A stretch of DNA of 64,000 nucleotides. Origin: Eledone cirrhosa. Its lineage: Eukaryota. The notes under the pieces are model-generated. The model saw only the letters and a program-made list of their open reading frames with translations, had not been told where the DNA came from and ran no database searches. The stretch lies in NCBI GenBank assembly GCA_964016885.1, contig OZ024755.1, forward strand, positions 10,602,001 to 10,666,000, read 5' to 3'. Each line of letters starts with the position of its first letter. Within the stretch, counting starts at the first letter, position 1. This document shows, piece by piece, positions 42,363 to 55,102 of the stretch. A program made the translations under genes and the position numbers.

Positions 42363-43129
42363 CATACATACACTTATGTATATGTATTCACATATACTTA
42401 CACACAGACATGTATAAATACAAACATACACACATGTATATGTATGTATATACATATTGGTGCGTATTTATGTCTCTTACATAGGCATGATTTATTTATG
42501 TGGCAGTATTTCATGGGTAGTCTCTCTCAAAAGTTATTCATGGGTCATCATTGTCTTTCGCGGATCGCTCAATCTTTTAGGGATAGCCCCTTACGTTTGA
42601 TCGGTGGCATATATATCACCCACGGGTAGTCTATGTAGATAAATGACATATAATGGCCGGTGTCACATTCATGATCATCTTAGCGCTTGTATATAACTTT
42701 ACAGTCGACTTTACAGTGGCAAACTAAAGTTTTATCTGTAATTCAAATGGCTTCCCTTGCCATGCTGAATCTCCCTGCGATATACATAAATGGTGTGTGT
42801 GTGTCCTTGGTATGCCCGAGTATTTTGCATGATAATTTCACCTAGAGATTGGTCCATTGTTTAAACAACTTAATCATTCACCGAGGAACCGATGGAAGTC
42901 CAAAACAAATCACACTGACACACATATCTCTCTCTCTCTCTCTCTCGCTCTCTCGCTCTCTCGCTCTCTCGCTCTCTCTCTGTGTCTCTGTGTGTGTCTC
43001 TGTGTGTGTGTGTCTCTGTGTCTCTCTGTGTGTGTGTGAGTGAGAGTGAGTGAGTGCGTATATATATATATATATATTATATATACACACACACATAGTT
43101 TAATGCATTAATTCGGCTGTTATCAGGCA

Positions 43130-43400
43130 AATTGTTGGCACAGTGAGAGAAATGATGATAGTCCGGGGGGGGGGGGGGTGAAATAGATCAAGGATGTTTA
43201 CAGTGCCGCTGCGTCAGTAATAGATATGTGTAGATGATAACTAGTGCAGACTGTTCGGACTAGTAAATGTTTCGGTGTTTGCCACAACAGTGTCTATGGG
43301 AGGTGTAAGTAAGCCAGGAGCTGTTGTGAGTATTGACGTCATCGAAGATAGGGATTTCAGTGAAGCCTGCTGAAGATCGAACTACCTTCTCTTCCACTAC
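43130..43400 (-). mobile_element. Decayed LINE APE-endonuclease fragment
   Basis: Minus strand gives FDDVNTHNSSW (GDFN.H...W-like), followed by NSLH*LSSTH and LDLF. Confidence 0.5.
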
Positions 43401-44916
43401 CAATAATATATCGACTCTGTATATTCAGATCAAAAATATTTTTCCTACACTGAATTTATGTAAGTATCGAAATCGAAATATTTTACTGGAGAAAGAATCG
43501 ATTTCCTGCTCAGATATTCTGGTTTTATCCGATAAATGGAAAATATGTGATCGTCAAATCAGACCGAGGAAACAATGTTTCCATTTTTCTTTACTACTGC
43601 TGATTCTGTTAACAGGTCGTAACTCCTAGTAGAATCTTCGTCACAACATATAACAAGAAGTGAGATTTGTACTATATAGGCAATGTACCATAAATTTCAT
43701 TATTTATAGTTGGGGAAATGACAACATCTGAAGGGAATAAGGAAGTAGTTGTTCCATTTATCTCTCCATTGCTGATACTAACTGCCAGTGGCACATCTGA
43801 TAGAACTAAATGGAATTTGAAAGCAGAGATATATATCGGATAGCGCAAATATCCTGTTTATATATCTATATATACATATGTGTGTGTATGTGCACACTGT
43901 GTGTATGTATTGGACTTTTGGAGGGTTTTGGTAATATAACCATTCATCAACTCGTCGACTGGCGCTATTTCACTTCAGTTTCTTTAATCAATTAAATAAT
44001 TACTTCATTAATTAATCAGTGGATTAATTAATTGTTTCGTCAAAGATCTTTCGTCACAGCCCCCGAGCTTATCAATGAATATATACCAGTAGTGCATACA
44101 AACGTACACATATACCGACACACACACGCACATATTTATACTCACACATACATTCACAGATTGAAGATTCAGTATTTCATATTTTGGTTTGAGTATAAAA
44201 CCGCATACACTTACACACAACCTTAACCATGCATAAATACAAACATGCAGGAACGCATAGATATGCATTACTTCTTCGCACGGCAATACCCTTAGTGCAT
44301 ACACATTACAAATACATTGAAAAATATAACAAAATTTTAAATTAATATAAAATGATATAGAATAGAAAAATAAAATAAAAATCTCAATTTTTAGAATTAA
44401 AAATGACAAGGTTGGTAATAATAGCAAATATTTTAGGTGTTAGAATGAAAAAAATATAAGGGGTAAATGGAAAGAAAAGTTGAAGGTTTAAGAAAATATG
44501 TTACCAGTACGTTGTCCATTGAGAAAGAAATCTATTGAGGGAATTGATGAAAAAAGAAAAGGGATCGACGTTATATTTCTATGAGCCGTGTCCGCTCCTT
44601 GGGGTCGTAGGAGCGACTTCGAGTGATACGGAATTATGGGTATTTTAAACCTGAACAGAGCCGATTACATTCCGAGAAGAGGAGAGGAAGACGGTCAGAA
44701 CAGAGGAAGAATCTACCCCCAGTAGTGCAGTGATATTATATTCATTACATCTTGAAAATGTGGAGTTTATCTCCATGCGACTTGAACTCTGAGCGCATTG
44801 AACACACTAACAACGTTACAAATTCGGTGGCTATTGCTCTACGGTTCTTATATATTTGATATATATTTATCCTTATCGAGCCCTCTTTGGATTTTAGTCT
44901 TCACATTTATTATTAT

Positions 44917-44961
<45 letters not shown>

Positions 44962-45499
44962 TATACAAGTATCAACACCTTTGCAAGTGCGCAAAAGAAT
45001 GGCTGACGCAGAGATAGGTTTGGTGGGGTGCGATAGATTGTGAGCTACTTATATTAAAGCATAGGAGTAACAATTTTTAAAAGTAAGGAGCACTGAGATG
45101 GAGAGCATGTAATAGATAGTTAAGGAGGGACTATGAGCGGCTCGTAAAAGAATATAGTGTGTGAAGTGATTTTAAGATTTCAGAATATTTACTGTATGTG
45201 GGTGGATATGTGTAATAGATGAGAAAATATCAAGTGGGGTAGATTGCAGTTGATGGAAAAGAAATGAAGAAGATTAATGAAATAAAAAATAATAGTAAAA
45301 TCAAATCAGGATAGGAGAAAATTGCAGATGGATACTGAGATCCACGCAACAAAATGTGAAGTATGATTAAGTATCATTATGGCCGCTAACATATGTAACA
45401 TAAAAAAAAACGAACGATTTGCATTCACTCGATATTACAATAATAAGCGCATACATAAATGCTTATATATACCTAGGTATCAACACATACTGTGTATAA

Positions 45500-45554
<55 letters not shown>

Positions 45555-45671
45555 AGTGTGTGCGTGTGTGTAATGAAACTTCAGATTTTTTGTTTTACAT
45601 TTAACACGTTGGCAGTGGGTTGATTGTTGATTATATATAATATACATGTGTGTACATATATAAACATATAT

Positions 45672-45738
45672 ATAGGAAAAAATATGACCCCGACGGCATG
45701 GTTATGGTCCATCTGGTTCCTTACCACAATTTCTTTGT

Positions 45739-45740
<2 letters not shown>
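45672..45740 (-). mobile_element. Internally deleted hairpin+tail element, copy D
   Basis: ATAGGAAAAAATATGACCCCGACGGC is fused to the tail end GTTATGGTCCATCTGGTTCCTTACCACAATTTCTTTGT and flanked by TA. Confidence 0.75.
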
Positions 45741-45778
<38 letters not shown>

Positions 45779-45933
45779 TGGAAGTGCTTAGAATATATTT
45801 TGATTTCGCTTGGTGTCAGGTTGGTCATATCGACGATAGTGACACGAGTCAGAACTTCGATCTCTCTGTTAGCCAATATCTTGTGAGAGAAATTCTTCAT
45901 TCTAAATATTGAGTGCTATTACACACACATATA

Positions 45934-46050
<117 letters not shown>

Positions 46051-47914
46051 TTCTTATGTTCGTTCAACAAGTTTCACCATGATCTGGTTCTTCTCGTAAA
46101 GTTTCACAATCCAATTATTTCTATGGTATAATCTAAATACTATTGAATATAATGTTTTTGTTTCACCGTGTTTCGGCACTATGATATTATTCACATTGGC
46201 TACAGATTATTTATGTGTACCTTATCTATGTGCTCGTTTCTTCGCGCTTACATGCTTACACGAAATTCTGTATATAGTTTTGTCATTGTCACTTATGTTT
46301 ATCTCCGACGAGGGGTCACGGTAACTTTGCTATAAATACAATTATTAAAACATTCCGATTTGAAGAGAAAATAAGATAACATAAAATAAAAGGAAAATGT
46401 GTCTCCGATTATTATTTCATTTTCGTTTTATTGAAATATCCTTGAGGTATATATATATATAGGTATTTATTAATTTATCAAAGAAATGTAATTTAAACTC
46501 CAGAAAAGTATTATATAATTTCTTTATTCAATAAATGAACATTATCTGGATTTTATATCTAACATATCAATTTGTATTTTTCATACTTTTATTTCATAAT
46601 CTTTTTGCCGTTTACAGGCTGGCGGATTAGCAGCATCGATTTGTAGTTTTAAATTACAGTCATTTACGTTCTGAGTTCAAATCCCATCGTAGTTAAATAT
46701 ACCATACACCCCTCCTGGGTTGATAAAGTAATATTTAAGTACTGTGTCGGTTTAATTGACTCGTCTATCTCCTAAAATTTCTGGCCTTGTACTTAGGTAT
46801 ACAACTTGACTCCAAAAGACTGAATCACTTCTCCTAAAACAGTAGAGGTGACTTATTTGGTAGCGCCATCAAAAATGATATAATTCACCGGGAGTTAGTG
46901 TCCTAGTACATGTCGCCGAATGTGCTTGATCCAAACTCGAATCTAAGGAAATTCTAATATATAGTTTCATGTTCATGTGTTGTTGAACCTGAAATCAATA
47001 TTGAGGATATCTATGATCGAAGACGGTTCTTTCATACCTTTCACATTTTTTAAATTCAGTGTATCTAGCCTTGTTTTATTCAACCTATCCCTTCTGTCAT
47101 TTTAGGGATAGTTGTTAGTAGATCGATCAGTCACACAGAGGGTTCATTTGTGACTAAACTCTTTGTTTACACACAAAGAGGACATTGTGTTTTTGCATAC
47201 CTACGACATATCTAATTGAAATATTAAGTACTGCTATTTACATGATCGACTAAATTCCATTACGATGGTGTCCCAGCATGGCCACATCCCAAAGACCAAA
47301 ACTAGTAAAAGAATAATATGAATTCAAATTAGTAATTTCTTGCGTCCTATGTTTGCACTGTAGAATAGTTTATATATTATCAAGCTGAAATTAATTCCAG
47401 TACTTTCAGGCTTCTGATGAAATATACTTTATGAACCAAATATCTGAAGATATTCCTTTTATACTAACAATTCATGCTGTATTATCTCTGTTGACATGGC
47501 TCTCGGACATGTGTGCCATATCATCTAGAAACCTTTAGGTTGAATGACATTATGTTGAATAATGGCACTGGGCTTAAGTCTCTTCTGGTTAACGTTATGA
47601 AACTGAAGATAAGCACGGAACTTTGAACACCCTCCAGTCTTAAGTAGGCATTTACATAGCATTACAATAGGTCTCTATATAAACAGATTGCTTTGTTCGT
47701 TTTACCGTAGGATATAATGTTACATTGACAGACAACTGTTGTTGATTACGGTATTGATCAATGGGTTTGGAATGATAGCAGTTTCTATTGTTGTTGTGTA
47801 ACAGCAGATGGTCTTATGAGTTGACACATCGTAGTTAAGGAAGCCATCACCAACACTGTATTGTTTGAGTGATCTTATCATTTCGTTCTCAACAGTACAG
47901 TCTACATAACTATC

Positions 47915-48250
47915 TTGCTAACAATATATGTAACTGGTAATGGTATGCATTGCCACTCAGAACAGTTAGTGACGTTCACTGTATACGCCACTCCACTTTA
48001 TGGAACTCATTCCTCAGACGGAATGGATTCCTTTCAAGTTTGCCGAGGGAAACAGCATTGCGGGAACCAAGAGCACCAGATGTCTCGACGATGGTCAGCA
48101 CAAAAAAGAATGAAGTTGGTTAAATCACTCGTTGCCCCTTTCGACCAGCAGATAGTAGCAGCAATGGAAGGAAGAATTAAAATAATTTCCTTGTCTGTAT
48201 CTGACGATCGGGTAATTTCTTTTTCAGATAGATTGCCTGAACACTAAGCG
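47915..48250 (+). mobile_element. Possible decayed RTE-type APE-endonuclease fragment
   Basis: VYATP, FKFAEGNSI and SDDRVIS (SDHR-like) across frames. Confidence 0.35.
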
Positions 48251-48661
48251 TCGAAACCGATAGAGGACATATTGGTGTCGTGCTAGAATATCAATAGTTA
48301 ATGTTACATGTAAATGTAGTACTGTGAATAGTATTGTTGATCTTATAGATAGTTTCAGCTGGAATTACGAGAATTTATTGCTTGTAATTGGCATTAATCG
48401 TTATATTTCGCTTTCTTTCATTATTGTTATAATTTTTAATACAGTTTGAAATTATAACTTTTCTTTTCGTTTTCTCCCGAAACATGTTATGGATATTATC
48501 ATTAATTATTCTTAATGTGACGACGTTGTTGTTGTTAGTCTTGCTTTAGTGGTTATTTCCTTCTTTTTACAGATTTTGTTGTTATTCGTGTTGTTATTGT
48601 TACAGTTATTTTCTAATGTTTCTCCTGATGTTGCTCCTACTAATGTTGCAGTCGATCTTGT

Positions 48662-49020
48662 TTGCTGTTGTTGTTACTGCATCTACTTCTGTTGTGGCTA
48701 CAACTGCAGCTCCTATAGATGTTGCTAATGTTGCTGTTGTTGTTACTGCATCTACTTCTGTTGTGGCTACAACTGCAGCTTCTATAGATGTTGCTAATGT
48801 TGCTGCTACTGCATCTACTTCTGTTGTGGCTACAACTGCAGCTCCTATAGATGTTGCTAATGTTGCTGTTGTTGTTACTGCATCTACTTAAGTTGTGGCT
48901 ACAACTGCAGCTCCTATAGATGTTGCTAATGTTGCTGTTGTTGCTACTGCATCTACTTCTGTTGTGGCTACAACTGCAGCTCCTATAGATGTTGCTAATG
49001 TTGCTGCTGTTGTTACTGTG
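48662..49020. repeat. 69 bp minisatellite, ~5.3 units
   Basis: TTGCTGTTGTTGTTACTGCATCTACTTCTGTTGTGGCTACAACTGCAGCTCCTATAGATGTTGCTAATG; one unit is 63 bp. Confidence 0.95.
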
Positions 49021-49332
49021 CTGTTACCAATATTGCTACTGTTGTCATAGTGGTTGTACTTAGCAGAGATGAATTTACAGTTGTTATTGTCTTAGATGCT
49101 GTTGCATATATTATTGTTGTTACTGTTGTTGTAACAGTGGTAGTGTATGTTTCCAGTTCGATCCTGAGTCATTAGGCTGCGGCTGATTACCGATATTGCT
49201 GCTATTGATATTGATATCATTAATATAGTTCTTTTGATATCGATACTATTTCTGTAGTTCACATGTTGCTGAAATTAGTGGAGCATCTATCATCATCTTC
49301 GTTTGCTTTGTCTTTCTTTCTTTCTTCTCCTT

Positions 49333-49670
49333 AGGGTGGTGGGTTGGCAGGGTACCGGACAACATGGCTGTGTAGCATAGAGTTACGTCCATTTACGTTC
49401 CGAGTTCAAATCCCGCCGAGGTTAGCTCTGACTTTCATCCTTACGGAGTCGATAAAATAAAGTACCAGTAACGTACTGGAGTCGATTTTATCGACTTCGC
49501 CTCCCCTCAAAATATTTATCCTTATGTCTAAATCTGAAACCATTATTTTTATTAGTAGCCGCCGAAGTTAACTTTGTCTTTCATCCTTACAGGGTTGATA
49601 AAATAAAGTACCAGGAATATACTGGAATAATTGCTGGCCTTGTGCCAACAGTAGAAACAATTATTATTAT
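49333..49670 (+). mobile_element. Tandem SINE pair
   Basis: SINE consensus; the second copy is 5'-truncated. Confidence 0.82.
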
Positions 49671-50501
49671 TAGTAGTAGTAGTAGTATTAGTAGTAGTAG
49701 TAGTAGTAGTAGTAGTATTTAGTTTCTGTAACGCATATTGCTGTTCCTATCGATGTTTAGTAGTTTATTGTTTCGTTATTTTCTGATGTTTTTTGGTGTA
49801 ATATATTTATATTGATTTTGTTATTGTTGTGGCTATTGCTGTTATTGTTATTGTCGATCATGTTGCTGTTGTTGACTCTGTTTTTTGCTTTCTTTTGCTA
49901 AAGTTTATGGTAATGTTCTTTCCCATTATTCGAACTGAATTCATTTCCACACTAAATATATTGTTTTAATTTAATATTCTCATTCTGTATTCATATAATA
50001 TTTCTCCAATTTTACACTAACCGACTCCATCTGTAAAACTACTTGCAATAGTTGCCATTTGGTTAGTCCTTCTTTATACTTGTCTCGTGATTTAGTTAAA
50101 CTGTCAATAAAATTATGTTAATATTAACCTAAGACATTCAACCCTTTTATAGAGTTGGGGTAGAATTTGAAGGAGATTTGACTCAGTGGAGGCGACTTCG
50201 TATTCTTGTTGTTGCTGTTGTATGTGTTGTTGGAATCATGGTTGTTGATGAACATGATGTGGTTGATGGATTGGCAGTATCGGGAGCGCCAGACATATTT
50301 TGAAACATATAGTTACGGCCCTTTCCGGTCTGAGTTCAAATCCTACTGAGGCTAGCTTTGCATTTCATCCATACGGTGTCGATAAAATTAACATTATATG
50401 ATGGTGATGTTGATGGTGGTGTCGTTATTGTCATTAACGTCCTTGATGGTAGAGATAGGGGTGATGGTGTTGGTGTTGGTGGTGGTGGTGGTGTTAGTAG
50501 T

Positions 50502-50708
50502 GGTGGTGTTGGTTGTAATGGTGGTGTTGGTTGTAATGGTGGTGTTGGTTGTAATGGTGGTGTTGGTTGTAATGGTGGTGTTGGTTGTAATGGTGGTGTT
50601 GGTTGTAATGGTGGTGTTGGTTGTAATGGTGGTGTTGGTTGTAATGGTGGCGTTGGTTGTAATGGTGGTGTTGGTTGTAATGGTGGTGTTGGTTGTAATG
50701 GTGGTGTT
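50502..50708. repeat. 18 bp tandem repeat (GGTGGTGTTGGTTGTAAT) x11
   Basis: Seen directly. Confidence 0.96.
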
Positions 50709-51002
50709 GCTGCAATTGTTGTTCTTTAATAGTGGTGGTGATGTTCATGGTGATGATGGTGTCGTTGCTGCAATGACAATTGCTGTCCTTGATGTTGGTG
50801 ATGTCGGTGGCGGTATCACGGTTATTACTGTCCTCGAAGGTGGTGCTGTTGGTGATGGTGTCATTGCTACTATTACTGTCCTTGATGATAGTGGTGTTGG
50901 TGGTGATGGTGGTGGTGTCGTTGCTGTTATTATTGTCCTTGATGGTGGTGCTGTTGCTGATGTGGTGGAAGTGTCACTGTTATTACTGTACTTGATACAG
51001 TA

Positions 51003-51188
51003 GGGATTGGCAGTATCGGTAGAGGGTCAGACGCCATGCTTTCCAGCATAGTTACGTCCCTTTACGATCCGAGTTCAAATCCCGCCGAGGTTGACTTTGC
51101 CTTTCATCCTTATGGGGTCGATAAAATAAAGTACCAGTAATGCACTGGGTAATTGCTGGCCTTGTGCCTAAAGTAGAAACAGTTATTA
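51003..51188 (+). mobile_element. tRNA-derived SINE (short variant, near consensus)
   Basis: SINE consensus. Confidence 0.88.
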
Positions 51189-51721
51189 CTGTACTTGATG
51201 GTGGTGGTGGTGGTGTTGATGGTGGTGGTACTGGTGCTAGTAGTAGTGTTGATACATTGCTGATGTTGCTGTTTTTTGTAGTTATTCTTATATTCTGATA
51301 TTCTGATATTCTTCTTTCTGTTGTTGATTATCATTGCTGTTGTTGTTTATCATCATTGCTGTTGTTACTTTCTGTTGTATCTAGTTTTATCTATCCTTTA
51401 TTACATGTCATGTGATTTCGTCAAACTACCAATTATTTTAATTCTCTCATTACATTAAATTACATTAGTATTTAAAATAATGTGATTTCATTATTGTCGT
51501 TCTTTTCTTGTGCTGTTGTTGGTTAAATTGACGTTTAACGTATTCAATATTGAGATTAAAAACAAAAGCGTGAAAAACGAAATTAATGTTATATTAAGTT
51601 ACAGAGTCATACAATGAAATCACGGACAATTATACATGCATAAACGTATAAAGATATAGGTACGCAATAATACATACAGTGGCAATTATATTCCGTGGAA
51701 CTACACTTTACACGGTTTTAA

Positions 51722-51900
51722 ATAATTGTTTCTACTTTTGGCACAAGGCCAGCAATTATCCCAGTGCATTACTGGCACTTTATTTTATCGACCCCGTAAG
51801 GATGAAGGCAAAGTTAACCTCGGCAGGATTTGAACTCAGATCATTAAGGACCGTAACTTTATGCTGTAAAGCATGGCGTCTGACCCTCTACCGATACTGT
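51722..51900 (-). mobile_element. tRNA-derived SINE
   Basis: Reverse complement of the SINE consensus. Confidence 0.88.
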
Positions 51901-51974
51901 GTGGTTTTAACATACGCGATCGAAAAGGTTTTAAACTCAAAATGACGCTTGAAAACGTTACCCTAAAAATACAT

Positions 51975-52040
51975 ACGAGGGTCAACTGAAATGTTCATAG
52001 GCCAACAAATTAATATGCTGACCAAGATACTCTCATGGAA
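51975..52040 (+). mobile_element. Mariner-type TIR remnant
   Basis: TACGAGGGTCAACTGAAATGTTC resembles mariner TACGAGGG...AAAAGTT termini. No partner TIR was seen. Confidence 0.4.
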
Positions 52041-52044
52041 TAAG

Positions 52045-52287
52045 GCGTAGAACAGAACAAAGGAGAGGCACAAAAACAAAGAAAAGAATCTCCATTCACT
52101 GAAGAGGTCACAGATTGTGTGATAAAAGAACTTTGACAATATATGAACAACCGTCCGGTTGTGGAACCAACCAACTACCCGGAAATTTATAAATTCTTAA
52201 ATTTATAAATTTAATTTATAATAAATTGGAGTGAAAGCAACTGGTGCGTGTGTTTCTTATTGGCAACATGACCCTCCCAAAGCATAA

Positions 52288-52293
<6 letters not shown>
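52045..52293 (+). mobile_element. Possible Penelope-like element fragment with a truncated hammerhead, ending in the ATGACCCTCCCAAAG(C)ATAACAA motif
   Basis: CTGAAGA-GGTCACA-GATTG-TGTGA (52099-52122), with the CC-GAAA part missing. Shared terminal motif at 52268. Confidence 0.45.
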
Positions 52294-52321
<28 letters not shown>

Positions 52322-52322
<1 letters not shown>

Positions 52323-52508
52323 ACAATGTGGGTGTGGTAAGGTACCAGGTGGACCATTACGCACCAGAGTACTCAATACTTAGGATAGTAGCGTGGGTAA
52401 TAGGAAAAGAGTCAGGCCCCCGACGGCTCAGCGCCGGCCGTTTCGACATCTCGATGTAGTTGTCGCAACGCCCGGGCTAAGCCCTAGGGGTCCTGACTCT
52501 TTTCCTAT
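52322..52508 (+). mobile_element. (TA)n-embedded hairpin+tail element, copy C (diverged subfamily)
   Basis: Tail homologous to copy B. Hairpin 52400-52508 has a perfect outer 17 bp (ATAGGAAAAGAGTCAGG/CCTGACTCTTTTCCTAT) and an imperfect inner stem. Confidence 0.82.
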
Positions 52509-52509
52509 G

Positions 52510-52571
<62 letters not shown>

Positions 52572-53037
52572 TATATTCAGACCAAGACTTGTATGAATAA
52601 TTCCAACTTTATATCCAATCCATACATGCATGCTTGTTCTTTAGATATATGTGAGTATATATGTTTTGTATGCACGTGTATATGAGTACATGTATGTGTA
52701 TGAGTGTCTCTATATATATATTCGCATATGTCTAGTCTTGTGTGTGTCTGTGTGTCTTTGTGATTATATTAGTTCAATATGTCCATGTTACTACCTATCA
52801 CTCTATCTATCGATATATTGATCTGTTGACGTATATCTCTTCATCATAGTGTCTATCTCTACGTTTCTATAAATCTATATATTTGCTTTTCTCCCACTAT
52901 CGATTTATATTTCTTCATGCTATCCGACAATCAATCAGTCAATATTTATATTTGCATTAATACATACTCAAAGATAAGTATTTATGTATTAACCTATTCT
53001 CTCTCTCTGTACGCGTGTACTATGTATAATATATACA

Positions 53038-53076
<39 letters not shown>

Positions 53077-53920
53077 GATCATATTTAACTAAATTAATTC
53101 GTAGTTGCACATACGCACACAAACACATGCTTGTGTGTGTGTGTGAGCAACTAAATTAATCGGTAAACATACACGTGCATGTTTACCGATTAATTCAGCT
53201 GTTTTGTTAGGTGTGGAACCATATATTCATTAGCTTCTACCTGTCACCTGTTAATTGTATTGAGCGTGCGACTTTCCTCTAACCTCTGCGAACCTTCTTC
53301 ACACTGCAGACGGTTAAGTACAACTGCTCTAAAATGCAGCACTTAAGAATTACATTCTCAGTGAACGCTGCACTTTTCGTTCAGTGTTCTTGTCTCAGTG
53401 TTTCTCTATTATCGATATCATCATCTGCCTCGATCCGTAACGCCTGATTGGCACCGCCGTGATATACAGCTAGCCTCAGGTATTTTAAACTTGGCGTTGC
53501 CTATCTCACTCCATGTCAGAATACTGCCAATTTCTTGCAGAAAAAGAACGGGTGACAGCAAGCAAATGAGATATAGTGTATGATTCGATCACATTACTTG
53601 ACTGGTGCTTTTTTTTATCGATCTCGAAGAGATGAAAGGTATAGTTGACATCAGCCGGATTTAAACTAAAATGAACACACATTGCATTCCATCTGACATT
53701 CTAACGCATCTGCCAATTAGCTGCCAAATATGTCGAACACACCGGTCTAAATTATGGCACCTAAAATTAACCCCCTCAGTGATACCTGCTAATATTCTTA
53801 ATTCCATGAACAAACTTCCAAGGCGTTTTCTCATATAGACACCGTCATTATTATCATCATGGAATCATACCCCGTGTTGGAATCATAGGTGCGCCATGAT
53901 CATGTACATACGTTCTCTTC

Positions 53921-53921
53921 T

Positions 53922-53997
<76 letters not shown>

Positions 53998-55102
53998 AGA
54001 GAAAGAGAGAGACAGACAGAAGGAGAGAAAGAGAGAGACAGACAGAAGGATAGAAAGAGAGAGACAGACAGGAGAGAAAGCGAGAGAGAGAGACAGAAGG
54101 AGAGAAAGCGAGAGAGAGAGACAGAAGGAGAGAAAGCGAGAGAGAGACAGACAGAAGGAGAGAAAGAGAGAGACAGACAGAAAGAGAGAGACAGACAGAA
54201 GGAGAGAAAGAGAGAGACAGACAGAAAGAGAGAGACAGACAGAAGGAGAGAAAGCGAGAGAGAGACAGACAGAAGGAGAGAAAGCGAGAGACAGACAGAC
54301 AGAAGGAGAGAAAGAGAGAGACAGACAGACAGAAGGAGAGAAAGCGAGAGACAGACAGACAGAAGGAGAGAAAGCGAGAGACAGACAGACAGAAGGAGAG
54401 AAAGCGAGAGAGAGAGACAGAAGGAGAGAAAGCGAGAGAGAGACAGACAGAAGGAGAGAAAGAGAGAGACAGACAGAAGGAGAGAAAGCGAGAGAGAGAC
54501 AGACAGAAGGAGAGAAAGCGAGAGACAGACAGACAGACAGAAGGAGAGAAAGAGAGAGACAGACAGACAGAAGGAGAGAAAGCGAGAGACAGACAGACAG
54601 AAGGAGAGAAAGAGAGAGACAGACAGACAGAAGGAGAGAAAGAGAGAGACAGACAGACAGAAGGAGAGAAAGCGAGAGAGAGACAGACAGAAGGAGAGAA
54701 AGAGAGAGACAGACAGAAGGAGAGAAAGAGAGAGACAGACAGAAGGAGAGAAAGCGAGAGAGAGAGACAGAAGGAGAGAAAGCGAGAGAGAGACAGACAG
54801 AAGGAGAGAAAGAGAGAGACAGACAGAAGGAGAGAAAGAGAGAGACAGACAGAAGGAGAGAAAGAGAGAGACAGACAGAAGGAGAGAAAGCGAGAGAGAG
54901 ACAGACAGAAGGAGAGAAAGAGAGAGACAGACAGAAGGAGAGAAAGCGAGAGACAGACAGACAGAAGGAGAGAAAGAGAGAGACAGACAGACAGAAGGAG
55001 AGAAAGAGAGAGACAGACAGACGGAAGGAGAGAAAGAGAGAGACAGACAGACAGAAGGAGAGAAAGAGAGAGACAGACAGACGGAAGGAGAGAAAGAGAG
55101 AG
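53921..55102. repeat. Purine-rich (GA)n-derived minisatellite, 26-30 bp unit AGAAGGAGAGAAAG(C/A)GAGAG(AG)ACAGAC
   Basis: Seen directly. It is the source of the spurious 418/411 aa ORFs. Confidence 0.96.

Noticed and set aside
46301-46450. CCGACGAGGGG possible hammerhead start
   Set aside because: No matching stem II closure plus GAAA found.
50358-51003. GGVGCN / poly-V / QHHHYN repeat ORFs
   Set aside because: Products of an 18 bp tandem repeat and (GGT)n low complexity, with no splice or start context.
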